Source: an uncultured Candidatus Saccharibacteria bacterium
Lineage (GTDB): Bacteria > Patescibacteriota > Minisyncoccia > Phycocordibacterales > Phycocordibacteraceae
Length of the DNA stretch: 38,986 bases
Reading direction: 5' to 3'
Assembly: GCA_964357285.1 (NCBI GenBank)
Contig: CAYHKM010000002.1
Span: forward strand, 1-38,986
In this document: piece after piece, positions 32,677 through 38,986 of the stretch
Numbering within the stretch: the stretch's first letter is position 1
How the letters are laid out: each line of letters starts with the position of its first letter
Program-made: the position numbers and the translations under genes
The notes under the pieces: model-generated
Seen by the model: only the letters and a program-made list of their open reading frames with translations
Database searches by the model: none
What the model was told of the DNA's origin: nothing

Positions 32677-32839
32677 GTTCCTTCGGGGTCGGGTGCAAAT
32701 CCCAATCGGCGGTGAGAGCCCGCGAGAGCCGACGTTACGTTGGCTCACGATCCGGTGAGATTCCGGAGCCGACCGTCCTTCGACTTGGCTCAGAACCCTG
32801 AGCGAAGTCGGAGGGTACAGTCGGGATGAAAGAGGGAAC
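32677..32839 (+). promoter_or_regulatory. FMN riboswitch (RFN element)
   Basis: CTTCGGGGTCGGGTGCAAATCCCAATCGGCGGT ... AGCCCGCGAG ... GGTGAGATTCCGGAGCCGACCGT ... ACAGTCGGGATGAAAGAGGGAAC matches the RFN consensus blocks. An extended -10 TGCTATAAT lies at 32662-32670. Confidence 0.9.
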
Positions 32840-32868
32840 GGAGACGCCCAAAAGGCGCCTGCTGCGCT

Positions 32869-32892
32869 AAACCCCGAAGAGCGGGGTTTTTT
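32869..32892 (+). terminator. Riboswitch expression-platform terminator
   Basis: AAACCCCG-AAGAG-CGGGGTTTTTT, 18 nt before the transporter ATG. Confidence 0.75.
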
Positions 32893-32910
32893 AATGGTTA
32901 ACTGACATCC

Positions 32911-33822
32911 ATGCAGAGCATATTTTCGGGTCCGCTCCTCATCTTCATCGCCGCGGTCCTCTGGGGCGTCGACGGGGTTCTTCGTCGCACGCTCTATGAC
33001 CTCCCGCCCATCACCATAGTCTTTTACGAACACCTGATAGGGCTCATCATCCTCACGCCCTTCCTCTTCCATCTCATGCGGAAGGAAACCCTCGCGCCGC
33101 GCGAGTGGGGCGCGATCGGACTCGTGTCCCTTCTTTCTGGAGTCTTGGGGACGCTCTTCTTCACGACCGCGCTCCTCAAAATACAGTTCATCGCGTTCTC
33201 CGTCGTATTTCTCGTGCAAAAACTCCAGCCGATATTCACCATCGCGACCGCCGCCTTGGTCCTCAAGGAGCGCGTGAGCCCCGCATACTTCGGTTGGGGA
33301 GCGCTCGCACTTATTGCCGGCTACTTTGTCACGTTCCCGGGCGGCGTCGTGAATTTCGGCGAAGGAGGCGCCTACGTCGCCGCAGCGCTCTATGCGCTCC
33401 TCGCGGCCGTCGCGTGGGGCTCGTCGACCGCGTTCTCGCGCTACACACTCCTCGGCCACTCGAACACGCTCATCACAGGGCTCCGATTCCTCATCACAGC
33501 CCCTCTCGCACTCCTCTTCCTTTTCTTCATGAATGCGGGAGCATCCCTTACCGCCGTCACCGTCCCGCAACTCCTGACCCTCGTCGTCATAGCCCTCACG
33601 ACCGGCATGGCTGCGCTCTGGATCTACTACCGCGGGCTCAAGAAAACCCCCGCATCGATCGCGACCATCGTCGAACTCGCGTTCCCCATGACCGCCGTCG
33701 TCATTGACTACTTCCTCTACGGGACCTTGCTCACGTGGGGGCAGTATGCCGCCGCGGCCGTGCTCCTTTTCTCCATGTATCGCGTATCGCGCCTTACCGT
33801 AGGGCAGGGTAGTATGAAGTAA
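32911..33822 (+). CDS. EamA/DMT-family transporter, likely riboflavin importer (ImpX-like) given the FMN riboswitch
   Basis: Ten TM helices in two EamA-like halves. Directly downstream of the RFN element. ImpX-type DMT riboflavin transporters are known RFN-regulated genes. Confidence 0.75.
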   Translation: MQSIFSGPLLIFIAAVLWGVDGVLRRTLYDLPPITIVFYEHLIGLIILTPFLFHLMRKETLAPREWGAIGLVSLLSGVLGTLFFTTALLKIQFIAFSVVFLVQKLQPIFTIATAALVLKERVSPAYFGWGALALIAGYFVTFPGGVVNFGEGGAYVAAALYALLAAVAWGSSTAFSRYTLLGHSNTLITGLRFLITAPLALLFLFFMNAGASLTAVTVPQLLTLVVIALTTGMAALWIYYRGLKKTPASIATIVELAFPMTAVVIDYFLYGTLLTWGQYAAAAVLLFSMYRVSRLTVGQGSMK

Positions 33823-33846
33823 TTAGCCTGTAGCATCTATCCACTC

Positions 33847-34383
33847 ATGCAAACGAAATACATCGCGATAGCGGTGGGGGCCGTCGTGGTTCTCGGTGGC
33901 CTCTGGTATTTCCTCGGTGGAAGCGCTATGGCTCCGTCAGGAAACATGCCGGAGGAGAAGAGCGGCTCCATGGAAGAAGAGACGGCCTCGGACGAATTCA
34001 CGGGATCAATCGGCGAGCTCGCAAAGCGCGGCGGGAATTACCAATGCACCTTCACGTCGGACACTGCGGACGCGAGCTCATCCGGTACGGTCTACGTCGC
34101 CGGGTATCAGATAAGCGGCGAATTCACGAGCGCCATCCCTTCAGCGAGTATGACTGTAAAGACGTACATGGTGCAGGACGGAGGCTACACCTACATCTGG
34201 TCTTCGGAATCCCCAATGGGCTTCAAGACGAAGATAACAGAAACCTCGACCGGGCCTGACTACGCGCCGACCTCGGGGACGCAGGTCACCATGGGGCAGT
34301 CCTACGCGTACAAGTGCGCGCCGTGGACCGTGGACAAGGGCAAGTTCTCGGTTCCTTCAGACGTGGAGTTCGTGGAAAATTGA
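33847..34383 (+). CDS. Hypothetical membrane-anchored secreted protein
   Basis: 178 aa. N-terminal TM IAIAVGAVVVLGGLWYFLG, an acidic linker and a beta-rich domain with two Cys. Confidence 0.6.
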   Translation: MQTKYIAIAVGAVVVLGGLWYFLGGSAMAPSGNMPEEKSGSMEEETASDEFTGSIGELAKRGGNYQCTFTSDTADASSSGTVYVAGYQISGEFTSAIPSASMTVKTYMVQDGGYTYIWSSESPMGFKTKITETSTGPDYAPTSGTQVTMGQSYAYKCAPWTVDKGKFSVPSDVEFVEN

Positions 34384-34393
34384 CGCTCCCCCT

Positions 34394-34429
34394 CACACAC
34401 CCCGCTCACGAGAGCGGGGTGTGTGTTTT
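34394..34429 (+). terminator. Strong intrinsic terminator
   Basis: CACACACCCCGCTC-ACGA-GAGCGGGGTGTGTG followed by TTTT. Confidence 0.8.
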
Positions 34430-34438
34430 AATGGCGGC

Positions 34439-35392
34439 ATGGTGAGGAGTTTTGTGCTCGCATTCGCGCTCGCGGCGCTCGTTATCCCGAGCGCTTCAGC
34501 AGAAGCGCTGGGCGTCATCCAGAACAATTCGACCTTCATCGATCTCGCGGGCGGTTCGACGACATACCCGACCGGGGGTGAAGGGTTCTCCGACGGGCCC
34601 GGAGTGGGCGATGGAAACGGCCCGACAGGGGACGGCGGCAGCTCGGGCTCGGGCTCGGGCGAGGAGGGTGGCGGGGCCTCGGGTTCGTCCGGCATCGACT
34701 CAGTCATCATCAACTATTCGCCCACGGACGGAAGCGGAAGCGGGGACGGAGATGGCAGTAGCCCGAGCACCGGAGGGGAAGAGGGAGCCTCCGAAGAGGC
34801 CGATGCGGCGGACCTTCTCGGTACACTATCGGGGAATCAGGCGATTTCGATAAAAGACGCCGGGGGAGGGGCGTGGAGTGTGAGCATCGACGGAGACGCG
34901 GTCCGGAGAGCCCTTGCCGCACGTGGGGTCAGGAGGATTTCCATTCCCGGCTTCGAGGAGTTCGGCGATTTTTTCTCGCGTGCGGCACGCGCGCTCCAGA
35001 CTGGACAGGATTTCGCTTTGGTCGCGGCTTCGACGGCTCTCAAGAACCCCGGCATCGACGATATAACGCTTGCGGGTGGCACGCTCCACATCTCGTACCG
35101 CGCGCGAGGGAACCTGTTCGCCTTCATCCCCATCATCTACCGCATCCGCATTGAGGTGAATCCGGACGCCGCGGACCTGAAATCGCGCATCGTCGTCCGG
35201 TTCCCATGGTACAAATTCTTCCTCCAAACCTACGTTTCGAAGCAAATCCTGACTGATGAGGTCGAGGCGGCCATGAAGGCGATTCCGCCCGGTGGTCCCG
35301 TTATCGACGCGCGCGCGCAGCTCCTCGCGCGCATCGCGGGCTCTATCCAGGCCCGGTTCGATACGGTAGACACTCCCGCCTCTTCGCCCTGA
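34439..35392 (+). CDS. Hypothetical secreted Gly/Ser-rich protein
   Basis: Signal peptide MVRSFVLAFALAALVIPSASA. G/S/D-rich low-complexity region followed by a globular C-terminal half. Confidence 0.6.
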   Translation: MVRSFVLAFALAALVIPSASAEALGVIQNNSTFIDLAGGSTTYPTGGEGFSDGPGVGDGNGPTGDGGSSGSGSGEEGGGASGSSGIDSVIINYSPTDGSGSGDGDGSSPSTGGEEGASEEADAADLLGTLSGNQAISIKDAGGGAWSVSIDGDAVRRALAARGVRRISIPGFEEFGDFFSRAARALQTGQDFALVAASTALKNPGIDDITLAGGTLHISYRARGNLFAFIPIIYRIRIEVNPDAADLKSRIVVRFPWYKFFLQTYVSKQILTDEVEAAMKAIPPGGPVIDARAQLLARIAGSIQARFDTVDTPASSP

Positions 35393-35395
35393 TTT

Positions 35396-37222
35396 GTGAC
35401 CGGCGCGGATTTGTGGTACAATAATTCCATGCGGAATACCGAATACCCCGATGTGGGGATTTTTGACGTCCTTGCCGCCGTGTGGCGCGGAATACGCCCT
35501 CAACGGTGGCTTTTTTGGGGCATCCTTGCCGCGTTCCTCGCGGGGAATCTTGCAGACATCGTCATACCGCTCTTCTACAAGGACTTTTTCGACACGGTTG
35601 CCGGCGCCGAAAACCCTTCGGTCGTCGTGCCTGCTCTCATCGGTATCGTCGGCATCATCTTCGCCTTGAATGCGGGGAAGTGGTTCATGTTCCGATTGGG
35701 TCTCTGGGGTTCGAACTACGTCCAGGTGTTCGGCATGGCGCGCCTTCGGGAGCAATCGTTCGACTACCTCATCCGTCATTCGCATTCGTTCTTCTCGAAC
35801 AGTTTCGTCGGCTCCCTCGTGCAGCGGGTGAACCGTTTCGCCCGGGCACTCGAGCACCTCCTCGACGCGCTCTTTTTCAACGTGCTCCCGCTCGTGGTCG
35901 CCATCGTCGGATCGATCATCGTCATATGGTCCGTAGAACCTCTTCTCGCTCTCGTCATCATCGTCTGGATCGGCATTTTCACCGCATTCAACCTCGCGTT
36001 CTCCGTCTGGAAGTTGAAGTACGACATCGCCTCCTCCGCCGCGGACTCGGTCGCGACCGGCACCCTCGCCGACATCCTGGGGAATCAGAGCTCGGTCGAA
36101 CTCTTTGCCTCGCACCGCGATGAGTCCGGTGTCTACAGGGACGTCACGGGGAAGCAGGCGCGTGCAACGCTCACGGTCTGGAACCTCGGCGCAATTTTTG
36201 ATGCGGTACAGGCCGGACTCATCATCATCGTTGAGTTCGCGATATTCGCGTACGCGGCCGAGTTGTGGGGGCAAGGGGCCGTGTCTGCCGGTACGTTCGT
36301 CCTCATACAGGTCTATGTCATCCAGCTTGCGATACGACTCTGGGATTTCGGGCGCATCGTCCGCATTGTCTATGAGGCCTTTGCGGATTCAAAAGAGATG
36401 GTCCAGATACTCACGTTTCCGCACGAGATCAGGGACGTTCCGGGCGCGAAGCCGCTCGCGGTTTCCTCCGGTGCTATCCGCTTCGAGAACGTATCGTTCA
36501 ACTTCCAGGCGACGCGAAAGGTCCTCGACCGCGTGTCGCTCGCGGTCCCCGGCGGCCAGAAGGTCGCTCTCGTGGGCCCCTCCGGCGCTGGAAAGACGAC
36601 CATCGTGCGACTTCTTATGCGGCTCTATGATGTCACTGCCGGCAGCATCCTCATAGACGGACAGGACGCCCGGAGGGCCACCTTGGACAGTCTCCGCTTA
36701 AACGTATCCTTGGTCCCTCAGGACCCGATCCTTTTCCATCGGACTCTCATGGAGAATATCCGGTACGGCCGTCCGGGGGCTACCGACGCCGAGGTCATGA
36801 AGGCGGCAGAGCTCGCCCACTGCGATGAGTTCATCGATTCCCTTCCCGAGAGGTACAAAACCTACGTCGGCGAGCGGGGTGTGAAACTCTCCGGAGGCGA
36901 GCGCCAGCGCGTCGCTATAGCTCGTGCCATCCTCAAAAACGCCCCTATCCTCGTCCTCGATGAAGCGACGTCGTCCTTAGATTCACGCTCCGAAGCTCTC
37001 ATCCAGGACGCTCTCGAAACCCTGATGAAGGGGAGAACGACCATCGTGATAGCCCATCGCCTCTCCACCATCCGCAAGATGGATCGCATCGTCGTCATCG
37101 ATGGCGGACGCGTCATCGAAGACGGCTCGCACGATGAGCTCCTCGCAAAAGAAGGAAGTTTGTATCGGAAACTATGGGAGCTTCAGGCCGGCGGCTTTAT
37201 GGCGGAAGAGAACGAAGAGTAG
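35396..37222 (+). CDS. ABC exporter, fused permease-ATPase (MsbA/ABCB-like)
   Basis: Six N-terminal TM helices. Walker A GPSGAGKTT, signature LSGGERQRVAIARA, Walker B ILVLDEATSSLD. An alternative start is at 35429. Confidence 0.88.
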   Translation: MTGADLWYNNSMRNTEYPDVGIFDVLAAVWRGIRPQRWLFWGILAAFLAGNLADIVIPLFYKDFFDTVAGAENPSVVVPALIGIVGIIFALNAGKWFMFRLGLWGSNYVQVFGMARLREQSFDYLIRHSHSFFSNSFVGSLVQRVNRFARALEHLLDALFFNVLPLVVAIVGSIIVIWSVEPLLALVIIVWIGIFTAFNLAFSVWKLKYDIASSAADSVATGTLADILGNQSSVELFASHRDESGVYRDVTGKQARATLTVWNLGAIFDAVQAGLIIIVEFAIFAYAAELWGQGAVSAGTFVLIQVYVIQLAIRLWDFGRIVRIVYEAFADSKEMVQILTFPHEIRDVPGAKPLAVSSGAIRFENVSFNFQATRKVLDRVSLAVPGGQKVALVGPSGAGKTTIVRLLMRLYDVTAGSILIDGQDARRATLDSLRLNVSLVPQDPILFHRTLMENIRYGRPGATDAEVMKAAELAHCDEFIDSLPERYKTYVGERGVKLSGGERQRVAIARAILKNAPILVLDEATSSLDSRSEALIQDALETLMKGRTTIVIAHRLSTIRKMDRIVVIDGGRVIEDGSHDELLAKEGSLYRKLWELQAGGFMAEENEE

Positions 37223-37241
37223 TCCTTGTTATAATCCGCGC

Positions 37242-37796
37242 ATGCTCGTCATCGGGATTACGGGAACGCTCGGCTCCGGGAAGGGGACCGTGGTGCAGCA
37301 TCTCACAGAGAAAGGATTCTCCCACTACTCCGCCCGGGATTTGCTCTACGAAGAGGTGATGCGGCGCGGGATGCCCCGGAACCGGGACTCTTTGACCGCG
37401 GTCGGCGAAAGCCTGCGCGGGATGAACGGCCCGAGCTACGTCATCGATACCTTGTACGCCCGCGCGGAAGAAGCAGGGAAGGACGCGGTTATCGAATCGG
37501 TCCGCGCCGTCGGGGAAGCCGAATCGCTGAAGAGCAAGGGAGCCATCCTCATCTCGGTCGACGCGGACTCCAAGGTCCGGTACGAGCGGATCCTCTGGCG
37601 CGCAAGCGATACCGACCGCGTCTCATTCGACCGGTTCCTCCTCGATGAGAAGCGGGAGTCCGAAGGGCGCGAACCCGGCCGGATGAACATTCCCGCTTCG
37701 ATGGCGCTCGCCGACTTCGCGATCCAAAACGACGGCACGGTCGAGGAGCTCCATCGACAGGTCGACCGGATTCTTGCTACAGTATGGCCAACATGA
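37242..37796 (+). CDS. P-loop nucleotide kinase (CoaE / dNMP-kinase-like)
   Basis: MLVIGITGTLGSGKGT P-loop. 184 aa. The exact substrate cannot be called from the sequence. Confidence 0.6.
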   Translation: MLVIGITGTLGSGKGTVVQHLTEKGFSHYSARDLLYEEVMRRGMPRNRDSLTAVGESLRGMNGPSYVIDTLYARAEEAGKDAVIESVRAVGEAESLKSKGAILISVDADSKVRYERILWRASDTDRVSFDRFLLDEKRESEGREPGRMNIPASMALADFAIQNDGTVEELHRQVDRILATVWPT

Positions 37797-38515
37797 AGAA
37801 TTTTTTCGCCGACAAGCGGTATCCGGGGCGCTTCATCATCGTGGGAAAGGATCGAGGTGCCGCGGTCGTCATCTACGGCGCGACCGGGCGCTCGCCATCG
37901 TCCCTGAGGCGCGAATTCGTCGAGCAGGGTGACGGCGTCTACATGACGGCGGTCGATGCGACGGTCGCGATCGAGGGAAATCCCGACCTTCTCGAATATC
38001 CGGCGGTGCGCATCTTCGAAAACGGCATCGTCTCGGCGAACGGCAATCAGATCGAGCGCGTCGATTCGCTCGCGTTCGAGGGGATGAACGCGAAAAACTA
38101 TCTCGCGAACGTCCTCGCAGACGAAACATACGAACCGGACGAGCATAAGACGCCGCGCATCACCGGCTGCGTCGTTCTCGGTCCTGCAGAGGATGCCGCG
38201 CTCCATATTGTCCGGACCGACAACGGAGGCATCAATCGCTCCGCGTGGAGCGTGCCTCTACAGGACGGGTCCGGCTCCTACATCGCGACCTACGCCGGAC
38301 CTGACGCAAAGCCGACGCCTTCGTTTGTAGGCGAACCGCTTCAAGTGCCGCTTGCATTCGGTTCTGCAGAGGCCGCGGTGCGCTCAGTTTTCGATATGCT
38401 TGCCCCCGCGCTCGGCACGCCCGACTACCGCATCGGCGTCGTCGCGGCCTACGTGGACGGGGAGGGGACGCCGGACATCGCCATCGTAAACAAGCTCGCC
38501 CGGGTTTCAGCATGA
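37793..38515 (+). CDS. purO: Archaeal-type IMP cyclohydrolase (PurO-like)
   Basis: RYPGRFIIVGKDRGAAVVIYGATGRSPSS matches the PurO N-terminal signature (YxGRxxxVG...SRS). ATGA overlap with the kinase stop. An alternative ATG is at 37784. Confidence 0.7.
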   Translation: MKNFFADKRYPGRFIIVGKDRGAAVVIYGATGRSPSSLRREFVEQGDGVYMTAVDATVAIEGNPDLLEYPAVRIFENGIVSANGNQIERVDSLAFEGMNAKNYLANVLADETYEPDEHKTPRITGCVVLGPAEDAALHIVRTDNGGINRSAWSVPLQDGSGSYIATYAGPDAKPTPSFVGEPLQVPLAFGSAEAAVRSVFDMLAPALGTPDYRIGVVAAYVDGEGTPDIAIVNKLARVSA

Positions 38516-38986
38516 CGCCGAAGGAATTCGAAGCGATTGTCGCGGAAGCATTCTCGCTGGTGCCGGAGAAATTCCGCTCCAAGGTGAAGAACGTCGCGCT
38601 TTTGGTAGAAGCAGAACCCGACGAAGCGACCCGGAAAGCGGAGGGGCTCGGGCAGGGCGACACCCTTCTCGGCCTCTATCGTGGCATCCCGCGGACGGAG
38701 CGGGGCGACGGCTACGGCGTCGGTCCCACGATGCCGGACACCATTACCATCTACCGCGAACCAATTTTTGAAGAAGCCCGCCATGAAGCAGGCATCGACC
38801 CCGCGTGGGGGAAGACGGAAACCTTCACGGAACCCATGAAGAGGCGGGTGCGCGTCATCGTTCGGGATACCATCTGGCACGAGATCGCACACTACTTCGG
38901 CATGGACGAATCCGAAGTTGATGAGCGCGAAGTGGAGGGCACCAACGAATTTCCTCCCGACGCGCAAAGCGGTCCGGGCCCCGACA
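38511..38986 (+). CDS. Zincin-like metallopeptidase-fold protein (DUF1025-like), 3' end outside the window
   Basis: MTPKEFEAIVAEAFSLVPEKFRSKVKNVALLVE...TIWHEIAHYFGMDE (HExxH). ATGA overlap with the purO stop. The frame stays open to the window end. Confidence 0.7.

Overview
High-GC bacterial chromosomal window. Hand-counted 60-nt lines in the flanks are about 68% G+C. Coding is dense, in three strand blocks: + for 1-6611, - for 6608-20639, + for 20675-38986. Most genes are recognisable housekeeping genes. These include prfB (3' part), ftsE/ftsX, pyrG, msrA, a CBS-less IMPDH, a purine cluster (purL, purQ, purE, purM, purC, and an archaeal-type purO further on), typA/bipA, an MsbA-like ABC exporter and an M23 peptidase with three PG-binding repeats. 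There are also an extracytoplasmic thiol-redox operon (anchored thioredoxin, CcdA, DipZ-C-terminal-like protein), a cupredoxin/DoxX/cytochrome-b5 trio, a CDF metal exporter, one tRNA-Gln, and an FMN riboswitch ahead of an EamA/DMT transporter. The many small secreted or anchored hypothetical proteins, the PurO and the CBS-less IMPDH suggest a reduced-genome lineage such as Patescibacteria/CPR; this is inference only. The most interesting locus sits at the window centre. It is a sharply AT-rich cassette (about 33-37% G+C in hand-counted lines) at 18938-20179 on the minus strand. It lies downstream of tRNA-Gln and a GIY-YIG nuclease gene. It encodes a small TM protein, a wHTH-like/zinc-ribbon-like/tail-anchored membrane protein, and a HEPN-like protein with an R-x4-H motif (RNAACH). 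I propose it as a candidate undescribed toxin or abortive-infection type module. Other notable signals: (1) two copies of a roughly 95-nt structured element with compensatory stem changes, ahead of a CDF exporter and a DoxX-like pseudogene; (2) a 21-bp inverted repeat that engulfs the purQ start; (3) a divergent DUF62 (SAM hydroxide adenosyltransferase fold)-like gene inside the pur cluster; (4) an ArsR repressor flanked by ATTCGCGCGAAT palindromes; (5) two orphan promoter-to-terminator units; (6) a recurrent leaderless-mRNA architecture. No CRISPR array, integrase or transposase was seen.
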